Below, piece by piece: positions 29,299 through 41,179 of a stretch of 64,000 nucleotides of DNA. Source of the stretch: the human T2T-CHM13v2.0 reference genome, Homo sapiens. The notes below the pieces were generated by a model that was not told the DNA's origin, searched no databases, and was given only the letters and a program-made list of their open reading frames with translations. Within the stretch, counting starts at the first letter, position 1; the number at the start of each line of letters is the position of its first letter. The stretch lies in the NCBI RefSeq assembly GCF_009914755.1, contig NC_060934.1; one strand, written 5' to 3'. A program made the position numbers and the translations under genes.

Positions 29299-29604
29299 GA
29301 CCAGACGCACTGCCTCACACCCATAGTCCCAGCACTTTGGGAGGCTGAGGCATGCAGATCACTTGAGCTCAGGAGTTTGAGACCAGCCTGGGCAACATGG
29401 CAAAACCCCATCTCTAACAAAAATACAAAAAATTAGCTGGGCATGGTAGTGTGTGCCTGTGGTCCCAGCTGCTTGGGAGGCTGAGGTGGCAGGATCCTTT
29501 GAGCCTCAGAGGTGGAGGCTATACTGAGTGCACATGGTGCTACTGGACTCCAACCTGGGTGACAGAGTGAGACCCTATCTCAAAAAAGAAAAAAAAAATA
29601 CAAA
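29299..29604 (+). mobile_element. AluJ inserted in a MIR (MIR about 29190-29720)
   Basis: AluJ-type cttgagctcaggagttt and ggatcctttgagcc; TSD aattgagaaaaata/aattgagtaaaata; MIR sequence on both sides. Confidence 0.9.
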
Positions 29605-32600
29605 TAATTGAGTAAAATAATATCAACCCCCTGAAGATTGTTGGGCAGATTTTTAAAAATTATGTGTGTAAAGAGTTTGTAGTAGACACACAGTAAGCAG
29701 AGAAGTGGTACTGGTATTTATTGTCACAGTAATTGTTATAATTTTTTCAGCAATTTCAAGTGCAATGCAATCAGGGTTTACTCTAGAAATTTCAGAAATC
29801 ACTTCCCTCACTCAAGCCAGGTTCTTGTGGCTCTGTTTTTATCTCTCTGAACGAGCCAAGCCAGGTTTCTATGCTGCTTTGGCCTGGATGATTTTTCCAG
29901 ACTGTCTCTATCAGGCTAAAGATCAAAACGGGTTACGTCTAGCACAGAGCCTCACGTTTCTCTTTTCATATGGGCATGGGATATATGGAGCAGTGTCCTG
30001 TCTAACAAAGATCAGCAACAGATTTCTTAAGGAAAACTGGAAGATAGGAAATAAATGGCCGGTGGCTAGGTTTTATAATTTTGAAGCAATTCCAAATGGA
30101 CTGTAAAAGGCATTTGGTACAGATTTAGGGTGACAGTTGCAAAGTAAACATAACAGCCAAGGGGTTCAAAATGTATAATGCGAGTCAAGAAGCAGTTTGC
30201 ATTTCTCTTGGTCTTATCTGTGGAAAAGCAGGCTTGCATTTAACCCATAATTATAATTGATCATGTTTCATAGTGCCTTTTCCATATAAATAACTAATGA
30301 TGCCTCTTATTAGTGAATATGACTATATACATATACATAAACTCCCTGGGATGAATGTTACAAGAACAAGTGAGGGAAAATCAACTTCAGAGATTTTGTG
30401 AGTGGACAAAAAACCCAGCTCATGCTGGCCTTTTTTTTCTATTGGGCACTGTTATGACCATCTTTCCATATGTTCGATTAGTAAGGGTGCTTGGAGCCTG
30501 TGCCAGGCTCAAGCTTGAACAATGCACATATCATCAGGGGCTCAGAGATCTCATTACATGTTCAGGCAATGCTTTGCTTTTTTAACCTCCTGGGAGACTC
30601 ACTTATTTTCTGCGTGGTGGTGGTTTTGTTTTGGTTCAGTCACTGTTGGGTTGGAATATTCTCTCCAGTTGCCTGGCCACAGGTATTTTCCCATGTGTGA
30701 TATCCACCAGATGTTGATAAATGGTGACTCTAAATATAAGTCACTGTATACCCAGCACAATGAATCTCAGGGAGCAATCTCATTCTCAGTTCTTAAAAAC
30801 AGCCATTTTCCACTCCCTGGGGACTGACTGTCTCTCTGGACTGGAAATGGGATTCGTAATAGAATTTCACAGCTAAAGGCCGTCTTTAAATCTGGCCCCA
30901 GCCTGGAGGAGGGGGAAATGAATTTGCAAGAGCCATCAGCCATCTGCTCCTTGTTTACCAAGCAAGTGGGCGCTGTCTATGACAGTTAGGCTTCCAACGT
31001 ATGTGGCTTCTTTCCTTGGCAAGAACTTCAGCCCAGCTTGAACCTAACATCGATCTTATTGTAGCCTGGGGAAGGAGTGAGGTGGAGAGGAGATTCTTGA
31101 GGAAACTTTGTCATGACTGGATCCCTGGTCAATGACAGCCATGGTAATGGCTCACAGAATTTGAACTGTATCATGTCAGGAAAATCAAGCTAATGTATTC
31201 ATATGCCAGACAAAAAGAGATGGAATCACAAAAGTTAGATTCACACCTTAAAAGCAGATAAAATTCAAAATGTACTGAATACCTACCACACCTAGCTAGC
31301 AACTTTATATACTTCTCTTCAGTTATTCTTTAGAAATTTTATTGATAAGCACATTAAGGATATCAGAGTTTAAATGGCTAGCCCAAAGTGACATACACAG
31401 TCCTGTGTAAAAGAGCTGCGATTGAATACTGGCTTTTCTGACTAAATAAACCACTAAATCAACAAGGAATGTGAAGAAAAATCACATTTATGGCTGATGA
31501 TTTGTAAACGGAATATCTAATTTTATGGCTTCAGAGGGAAGCGTGGATGCCTTCAAAATAGTCTGTTCATTCATTTTCATGTGCCCTAGGAACTGAGATG
31601 GTTTGGAGTCGCCTAGAGAAACACAAATTCCTTAGCCTGACTCATGAATGACTGGGAACCAAACCAAGTGACTAATAGTTGGAATCTTTCTTCTTTAAAA
31701 GAATGCTTCGACTCACATAGTTACAGACAAGATGCATTTGTAATTTCTTTGTTGAGGATGAGAGGAAGACTGGCCCAAAGTGAAATGATAAGCTCATGGA
31801 CCGAACTTGTGGAAGCATCATTGGCCCTCAAGAGATACAGAACTTTGAATCCTCTGACTCAGAATCACATCTAGAAATTTAGCTCTCACTTAAACTTCTG
31901 CTGGAATACCAGTGGTGAGACACTCACATCATGTCTGGGGGGAAGTGAGGCTTGCCACTGTGTCTCTGGTAGAACAGGGCAGAGACATTATTTCAATTAG
32001 TCCTCAGAAAAATTTCCCCTCCCTCTGAGCAATCAAGTTAGTGTTACTACCTGATTGTTTTAATTGATGGCAAAATTAAAGTGAGGCTGCCATTTGTCTG
32101 AGATTCCAGAGCATATAGTAATTTTGGAACTTGAAATCATGTCTAATTCAAAACAAAATCACAGTTAGGAAAGTTCTCATTGTTTACAGCTCATCTTCAT
32201 GTCATGGTAACATTTTAAATTTCAGTTGTTACCAGTCATGTGTTCAAAGCCTGACTTGGGAATTGACATCTAATAGTCCACTGCAATTCCTCTTTCTCAT
32301 CTAAATCCTTTAGTCAGTCCTCTGGCATATGAGAAGAACCCTCAAAGTTTGGCGTGAATTGCCTTTGATTATGTCTTAGTCATGCCACATAGTTGACTTG
32401 TTGAATTTATATTCTCTAAGATATTTGCACCTTTTTCCAACTGTTTAGACCCAAGTGTAAGAATTTTTACCTGTCACCATCACATATCAACTTACCAGAT
32501 TCTACCTGCTGGTATACCCTGATGATATTTGTGGGAAATGCTATCCTGGCTACATTTTTTGTCTCTGTTTCACTGGTGAACCTGACAGGCAGACTTTCTA

Positions 32601-32904
32601 TATTTTCATACATACAAATCATGCTAACAAGATGGTGCTGAGAGCGAAACAAAAGCCTGAAATTTTTTCTTTACTTCTTGTTGAAATTGATTTATTGATT
32701 AGAACTTTTAGGCTCATATTTTTAGCTCATATATTTTAGGCTCATATTTCTCATATAACACTAATGAGAATGGAGTAATATTCCCCAAGAATTTCCAAAT
32801 ATGTAGCTGTGCAGTTTGTATGAATAAAGATTACATAACCCCAAAAAGCTTTTCTGGTTCCCCTTAGGATAGTCGTTCATTAGCAACCTCTAACATTGAT
32901 AGTA

Positions 32905-33115
32905 ATTAGAATAAGACAACTTGGGTTTAAATTCTCTGTGTGACACATACTAAAGATATAATTTTGGGAAAGTCATTTGAGTACCTCTTAGTCTATTTTA
33001 CGCACCCATTAAATGATAATAATAAATAAACTACAAGGTTTTTTAAAAATAAAATGAGTTAATTGGAGTTGAAAGTGATTTTTACAAGCACTGTACAGAT
33101 GTTAGCTGTTGTTAT
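32905..33115 (+). mobile_element. Degenerate MIR
   Basis: cttgggtttaaattc...ttgggaaagtcatt...aatgagttaat. Confidence 0.6.
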
Positions 33116-34158
33116 TAAGTCTGAAAATAGACATTAAGTAGGATATAAAGGGAGAGTTTACCTTGAAGATTTGTTTATGTATTCATGTGTTCACTCAGTT
33201 CAAGTGTATTGATTACAAACTCTGTATTAGGCACAGTAAGAGAGGATGAGCCTACAAAGGCCTAAATCTCTTCCCTGTTTGTGTTCACTGTCTGGTGGAA
33301 AGACCTCTAATTTGCTCCCATCATGTCCTTACAATAAAGATTTGTATTTAGTGTGCAACACACTGCATTGCAATTATTATCTACATGTATAAACATGATT
33401 TTCATTTACATAATAATGGCAGTCGAGGAAAGGAGATTTATTGTATGGAAGGTTGATATGTTTAAATTGTGTCAAAATTTGAATGTTTACTGTTTAAATT
33501 AGGGACAAATAACTAAGAAATAGAATAAAACACTACTGTTCAAGTTCCAAAACCCCATTTCTATAAATCTGCTGCGTACCTGTCCCATTTTCTGTCATGG
33601 AACAGCACAGAGGAGACAGATTTACTAGCCCTGCACAGGCAAGAAGGGAACTTAGAAGATTCTGCTATATTCAAATGACTTGTGATGGCATACTGGCATT
33701 CTTGACAAGCCCTTGCCATGGACCAAAGAACTACCTTACTTGGTTTCTTGGTTACTTGGTTGTAAGGAAAGATGCTAGATGGGTAGAAGCCCTGTGGAAC
33801 CCACTTCATATTCATCCCCAGGCAGGTAGAGGAATTGTTAGCCTCCCATTCCCACCGGCTGGCTCAGCAATCTGGCAGTGAGGTGGTTCCTTTAGAGCAC
33901 AGTGCCAGTGGAAATTGGATTTGGATCCCCTAAAATCAGTGTGAAGCAGAAAAACTCTTGATTGTAGTACCTGGATGCTTAATATTGGGCTTCTTGATTG
34001 GCTTCGACTAGGGTGGCCACAACAAGTCTACTGGACTAACCCAGGGCTGAGAGGGTGGTCGAGTTGATGGAGTGGACTAATGCCATTATGGGTGTCCTGT
34101 TTGTCACAATGGAAAGGCCACACTTACCTGCTCAATCCCCATTTACTTTGTATTCTAG

Positions 34159-34230
34159 GATAGAGGTCAGGAAGACTATATCCCACCTGCCTATACAGCT
34201 GTGGTGTGTTGAAAGACCCCTGGACTTAAA
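34159..34230 (+). CDS. NRG3: NRG3 alternative 72-nt cassette exon IEVRKTISHLPIQLWCVERPLDL(K)
   Basis: tttactttgtattctag|G acceptor and AA|gtaaga donor; symmetric phase 2/2 with no stop. Matches, from memory, the 24-aa insert that separates the 720-aa from the 696-aa NRG3 isoform. Confidence 0.88.
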
Positions 34231-34406
34231 GTAAGAAGATCTGGGTTTGAGTCTCAGTCTGTCACTTATTTTCTGTGTGACCTTGGGCAAGTCACTTCAC
34301 CTATCTGAGCTTCAGTTTACTTCTCTGTTTAACTGGGAACCTATTATCCGTCTCATGGGGTTGCTGTGAGAATTCAGTGAGATGGTGCATGTGAAAAGTG
34401 CTTTGT
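34196..34406 (+). mobile_element. MIR (MIRb/c-like) overlapping the 72-nt NRG3 exon
   Basis: cagctgtggtgtgttgaaaga...ctgggtttgagtc...ctgtgtgaccttgggcaagtcacttcacctatctgagcttcagttt...gttgctgtgagaattcagtgagatggtgcatgtgaaaagtgcttt. Confidence 0.88.
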
Positions 34407-34473
34407 GGATTGAGTATTGCTCTAACAAAGCCTGGTAGAAAGCAGAAGGAGTAACACTGTGTTTCTTTTTCAG

Positions 34474-34981
34474 GTATTCATCCAGTGGTTTAAAAACCCA
34501 ACGAAATACATCAATAAATATGCAACTGCCTTCAAGAGAGACAAAACCCTATTTTAATAGCTTGGAGCAAAAGGACCTGGTGGGCTATTCATCCACAAGG
34601 GCCAGTTCTGTGCCCATCATCCCTTCAGTGGGTTTAGAGGAAACCTGCCTGCAAATGCCGGGGATTTCTGAAGTCAAAAGCATCAAATGGTGCAAAAACT
34701 CCTATTCAGCTGACGTTGTCAATGTGAGTATTCCAGTCAGCGATTGTCTTATAGCAGAACAACAAGAAGTGAAAATATTGCTAGAAACTGTCCAGGAGCA
34801 GATCCGAATTCTGACTGATGCCAGACGGTCAGAAGACTACGAACTGGCCAGCGTAGAAACCGAGGACAGTGCAAGCGAAAACACAGCCTTTCTCCCCCTG
34901 AGTCCCACAGCCAAATCAGAACGAGAGGCGCAATTTGTCTTAAGAAATGAAATACAAAGAGACTCTGCATTGACCAAGTGA
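34474..34981 (+). CDS. NRG3: NRG3 last coding exon YSSSGLKTQRNTSINMQLPSRET...EIQRDSALTK*
   Basis: gtttctttttcag|G acceptor; 168 codons to TGA at 34979-34981; contains ORF 34520..34981; recognisable NRG3 C-terminus. Confidence 0.98.
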
Positions 34982-35734
34982 CTTGAGATGTAGGAATCTG
35001 TGCATTCTATGCTTTGCTCAACAGGAAAGAGAGGAAATCAAATACAAATTATTTATATGCATTAATTTAAGAGCATCTACTTAGAAGAAACCAAATAGTC
35101 TATCGCCCTCATATCATAGTGTTTTTTAACAAAATATTTTTTTAAGGGAAAGAAATGTTTCAGGAGGGATAAAGCTTACCATTAAAGCTTTTGGGTAGAA
35201 TTCTGAATCCAATTTCGTTTAGTCCCAACACTGTCCTCTTTGGCTCTTAGAAGATGTGGGCAATTCAGACCCTTGGCCCCACAGTGCCAGTGTCTCATTA
35301 AAAAACACTGGCAGTTACCTGGTTTCAAAAAGAGGAGAGCTGCATCCCGCAGGTGGATGCACCAGTGAGCAGGTGGCTCTTGCCATTTGGCTTGCCAGTC
35401 CCAAGCCCTAAATTTCTATTCACCCAATAGCCTCATCACAGGTTATGTCATGTCGACACATGTAGTGTTTTCTATTTGATTTTTGGAGAATGCCACAAAA
35501 GACTCTGCAATGGGAAGGAGGACAGGAGATAGAAGGAGAAACCGGGGGCAATCTTAACTACTCTTGTGTGCCACCTTCCTCTGAGATTTGAATGCACAGA
35601 TCTCAGCTGGAGGTATGAAATTATTACAGAAAAAGAGACAAAAAAATCCTTATATCGTGTCACTAAAATCATGCTAATAGAAATGTTTTTCCTTGAGATT
35701 GTTTAGAGGCTCTGGAGGAGCGTTTCTCAGTTTT

Positions 35735-35851
35735 TGTGTGCCTGTGTGCACATGTGTGTGCGAGCGTGTGTGTGTGTGGACTTGCTCACGGGGGCACATA
35801 TGCTGTAAGCACATGTGTTCATTGTGCGTATGTGTGTGCATGTGTGCGCGT
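35735..35851 (+). repeat. Imperfect (TG/CA/CG) alternating purine-pyrimidine tract in the 3' UTR
   Basis: Read directly from the sequence. Confidence 0.8.
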
Positions 35852-36271
35852 ATTACGCTTGCTAAAATTTGTTCTGAAACATCAGGGAATCTACTATTCA
35901 GAAAAATTATTTCCCTCTTAGATCTTTTCACTTTAAATTTTTCCATTAAGTATAAAGTTCAGTTAGTTCTTAAATCAAGGTCACTTGCATGGTGGGGTCG
36001 TATAAAACTCTTGACACTGTCTAGACCATTTTCTGATGTGAATACTTTTGAGAGGATCAACTATTGGCTCATTAATGATATCAGTATCATAAGGTGAGTT
36101 CATCAAGGATGTGTGTTTATTTTGAATCATGCCTACTTAAATTATTAATACAAGACAATTAACAAATTGACAGTTACCATTTGCTTTCTCATCATTCTCA
36201 TTACCATTTATTTTATAGCAAGTCTGCTATGTGTGGACCAAGGCTTCGGCTTCTGTGGTTAGTATGGGAAG

Positions 36272-36533
36272 AATAAATTGTTGAAATAAAAATACCCAGA
36301 CTATTCAGTTCACAAGAAGCCCCCCAAAAGAACAGTAAATTGTGTTGTATGTTCATTTGGAATAAAGCAATATTTTTACCACTGCTAAGGTGAACTGAAA
36401 CCTCTCCTGAAGATTTGTCTGTTTATTTACCCTCACTTTCATGGGACATATGAGGAAATTAGTGTTCACATATCCAGTCTTTTTCCAATTATTGGTGGTG
36501 TTGAGTTGTTATGTTTACACTGTTTTAAATAAA
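36272..36533 (+). terminator. Cluster of four AATAAA poly(A) signals (36272, 36285, 36361, 36528)
   Basis: Hexamers read directly from the sequence; U/GU-rich sequence lies downstream of several of them. Confidence 0.7.
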
Positions 36534-38916
36534 AAGGCACCGTATTTGAAAGCATAAAAGATTTCTTTTACTGCAGTTTTGGAAAACCTTGGTTAAAATC
36601 TCTTTGTGGAAGACACATTCCATGGAGAAGGAATGTAACTATTTCTGAGTCAAGCAGTAAATATATACAATTCTTATTTCAGGTTAAGTTGTTTCTGTTG
36701 AAAATACATTGCAAATTGCTCCTTGGGAACATGAGTTATTAGTAGACATATTGTCATCCAGAAAAAAGAAAGAGCACTATGTATTTATCAGAACTACTTA
36801 ATAGAAATTCAAAGTCTCAGATGTTGAAACACTTTGGTAAAAATGCATTTTACATTTAACAAAAGGTTGTGTGATGATATTTATTATTTGTTCTGTTACA
36901 GTTCCATCGTTTTGAATATGGAGGTAATATTGGTAGAATTTCAAAAGATTATTATAAATTTGTAATGTCTAGATCATCTAAGTTCTCATTTAAAAATATT
37001 ATATCTGTGGGAACATTTTAGAAAATGGTCTTAAAAACTAACAGATCTATAAAAACCCGACAAGTTGAGCATCCAATATGTCATTGTGTTGAAATTTATC
37101 ACAATTATATCAAACACCTGGAAGGCCTCACAACTTTGTTGAAGTCAACCTTGTTCTTGTTTTTTTTTTTTTTTTTTTTTTTTTAACTAAAATGTTATAC
37201 TTGCTTATCTGGAAGACTGGTTCTGAATTTACCATTAAGAAGTTATATGCTGTGTGACTCACTGCAGTTATTCTAACATATTGTCTACAGTGAAAACATT
37301 AAGATTGTCAATGAAACTTATGTCTTGGTCCAACCCCTTTTAAAAAATATGAAAAACTGTGTTATGTGATTATAACCCCACCCCCCATGTATTCTAAAAA
37401 AGCATTAATAATCTGGCAAATCCACTGGCAATCTGATATAAAGTTTAGAGATACAATTACTCCCTTAATTAGTAGTCAAGATAAAACCCTCCATAAGTAA
37501 TCTATATTAATGGTTAGTTTTTAGTGGTCATTTGTCTCCTTTAGGAATGTGATGCTTTCCTATGAAAAGTATTCAAGCTCAAAATTTACATCATTGGGTA
37601 CCAGCTGACAAGTGCTGATGGCATCAGTACTTTCAAAGGGAATCTAACATGGAAAACACCTGGAGCCATCAGTACTTGATCCTTCAAGCTCATGCGCTTA
37701 TTTCAACAAAACACATTTGATTTTGTTTCATTTTCCTTGTCTTTATTATGCGAATATATATTTGGAAATTTGTAATTAAATACACTCCATATTCATTATT
37801 TACTGGAGAATGGATGGTACCTGCCATTTTTTTTACTTTGACTCATTTTCTGATATGCCTTTTTGTTTTGTAAAGCATATGTTATTCTAATTTGCCTGTG
37901 ACTACTGTGGGATGCCATTCAAAATATGTGAGCAATCTTATAATGACGAGAAATAGTAGAAATGATTTTGGAAAATTAGCATCAAAATTTTACTCCTAAA
38001 TTTCCTATGTATATTAAATGCTCTGTGTTTTACACTCTAGCCCAATATCTCCCTTGCTATGGGTTAAAAACTAAATATTTGTAAATTTATCACACCTCCA
38101 ATGATTTACATCATTTCTAAGTAGCAATAGCAAAGTTGTCTAGAGGAGGAAGAGTGTTGTATATAGGACTTCACAAGTTAACCTGTATTGATCATATTAA
38201 TAAATCAGACCTACTAAAAAAGAGAACAGAAGAGCCAAGCAGACTTCAAGAGAGTGCCCATTGGCTTCTGGATTGAATGACAGCTACAATTTGAGTGAGG
38301 CCTCGGGTGCCCATGGCTAAGGCTATCGGTAACCAGATCTCTACCAGAATATGTCTGATGGATGCCACAGTCATGCACACCAATCCTGCAGTATGGTGCT
38401 ATAGGGAGCACTGACTTCGTAAGTCTGTGTGTTGGGGCAGAGGGAATAGCGGTCCCTTTGATTCCAGCCCCATAAACCAGAAAATACTGCACTGAAACAA
38501 GGGCTGTGAAACATTCCTCAAATAAGTATACAGCCAACCTAGGAACGCAGTAGGAGGGGTGGGATTTTTATTTGATCTTTTGGTATCTGGGAGACATTTT
38601 ATATATAAAGAATAAAAAAGTATTATTATTCAAATGTATAGATTCGATGTTTTCAATGGATAGCATGTCTATACTGTGTTTGTACTCTTGTCTTCAGAAA
38701 TTCAGTCCTCATCTAGGCAAAACCAGCACAAGGTTTCAAGGCTGTTCTCAGTTTTAAATGCATCCCAATATGCCCCGGGAAATGAAGCCTTTAAATAAGC
38801 TTTATCTCTTCCTAGTTTAATATTTCTTTCCCTTTTAAAGAAATAGTGAGGGTAAAAGATGAAATTCACTCCTTTAGAGCCACAATATTCTCTTATAATC
38901 TGTTTCCTACTGTAAC

Positions 38917-38953
38917 CACACATACACGCGCGCACACACACACACACACACAT
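38917..38953 (+). repeat. (CA)n/(CG)n microsatellite
   Basis: cacacatacacgcgcgcacacacacacacacacacat. Confidence 0.85.
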
Positions 38954-40981
38954 ATAAATTTATATTAAATTCATGAGTTGAATATCTTAGTACTTTTACT
39001 TCTGTTTAATTTGACAAACATCAAAGTGATTGCCTCATGGAATGCCAATGAAATCAAAGCACTTAGAGACAAGCCAACTTGGCAACATTTTGATCATATA
39101 GGCATTTTTCAGTTCCTTCTCTTTTTTATGCAAGCAGAAATAATCTTGGGTTAGAAAATTCACAAGATCCTAGAATAACATCTCTGCTAGATTATCTCTT
39201 AGAAATGAACATCTAAAATGAGTGTAAATGATTGTTGTCTTTGTAGTGTATAATGTTCTCAAGTATATTTTTTTATAAATTTAAACATAGCTTCTCCCAG
39301 AGGTGCCTAAACAGGTGCCTTTGCTTCTGGTACCCATTAAACTTCAATAAGGACAGTGTGTGTGTGTTGCGGGGAAAGGGGATACTGAGGGCTAATGTTG
39401 CATACTCCGGTGAAGATAATAGCAGGTGTAACCAGATGTAATCTTAATAAAATAGAGAACAGCTTTCTAGTACTTTCATAATTTTTTGTCATGAATACCT
39501 ATATTGATTGCACGTGTACTGTTGACTATGAAAGAATTAATTGTGTGATAGCAAACAATCTCTCATTGTTGGAAATGAATTAGAAAATATTTTCTATTGA
39601 AAGTTGTCTTTGTGAAAACTTATACCTTATCTACACATAACACTAGTTTCATGACCTCACCGTCAAATAAGGTGGATGACCATTTATCTCTGATTTCTCT
39701 TCCAAATTGCTGGCTTGTTTTCCAGTCCTTCTAACCCAGTCTTTATCTGGTCACCTGTCATTCTTTCACTTGAACACAAGTCTTTACAAAATTGATGGCT
39801 GTACGTCTATCTCACTAAGGCTCAAAAATAGTTAGAACCTGTGTATCTATCAGTGGATAATATTTACATTTATAATATCACATTTAATTTCCATAGAGAA
39901 AAATACAGGATTGTTTTTGTGGTTGTTGTTAATGTAAATTTACCTCAGACAGGTAATAAAAAAAAGGGATGGACAAGAAAATACCCAATTCCAAAGCTTG
40001 AAAAGAAAGGCCAAAATTTGCCCCAGAATTTTTTAAGAAAATGTGATGAATTATCAAAGACAGAACAAGGGGTTCTCTAGAGAAGGCATGAGACCTTGAA
40101 GAGGTCCTTCTCTTACAGAGGCAGTGGACACACCCTCATTGGATATTCATAAATACAAGATACTTATTGATATTCTCAATTATTTGCATGTCAAACTTAA
40201 TATAAACTCTCCTACCAATACTGAATAAATTATCTGGAAATACTTTCACATCATGGTTTAAAATAATCCTATCTCTGGGAGCAGGATAGACAAAAACAAT
40301 GCAGGGTTTACTTGCATATTTACTTTTGATTGTAATTGCTGTTTTTGACAAATTAATATTTATATGCTCTTTCAGTAGCATCCTGACTAGCACTAATTAT
40401 TCCATATATAATGTGTCTTGGTCAAGATCCCAAAGTCTGAATTCCTTAGCCTTCAATAAAACAATATGAAATGTTAAAATACTTGACCCAAAGACAGTAA
40501 ATTGAAGTTAATTTTTTTTAAATTATAAGAAGTCAATGTAGTATTTTACCAAATTGATTTAGAAAAAAAATGCAGTTTTTACTTGTTTTTGATGTATTTA
40601 GAGGTCTGATGAACCCTTCATACAACCTTGTTATACACCAGACTGGTGCTTTCCTGTCTGAAATAAATTTAAATTTAAGGGCTCTACAAATCACACACAC
40701 ACAGGGCATACAGCACACATGGTGTGTTGAAACTCGATGACATAGATGACCTTGGATTCAGATATTTTTCATAGAAAGTCTACGCATGCAGCAAGAAAGT
40801 ATAGTGGTTACTGTTGAAGGCTTATTCTTCACAGCCTGCTTTTGATTCTTGTCTTTATTAATAAAAGTCTGGAAGATAGATAACACATTTATTGAAACTG
40901 ATACAAATACAACATGACAACTCACCTTAAACATTACTACACACTTGCCAGTGGCCACTGTGTATATTTTAAGAGAGCTAG

Positions 40982-41179
<198 letters not shown>

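Larger units (their letters stand above)
34982..36555 (+). other. NRG3: NRG3 3' UTR (main form; end approximate)
   Basis: Follows the stop codon, is AT-rich, has no recognisable interspersed repeat, and ends in a cluster of AATAAA signals. Confidence 0.75.

Noticed and set aside
32706-32757. Short imperfect repeats of ttttaggctcatat
   Set aside because: Ordinary slippage duplication with no sign of function.
35693-36097. 134-aa Cys/Val-rich ORF in the 3' UTR
   Set aside because: Produced by the TG-rich tract, has a non-ATG start, and resembles no protein family I recognise.
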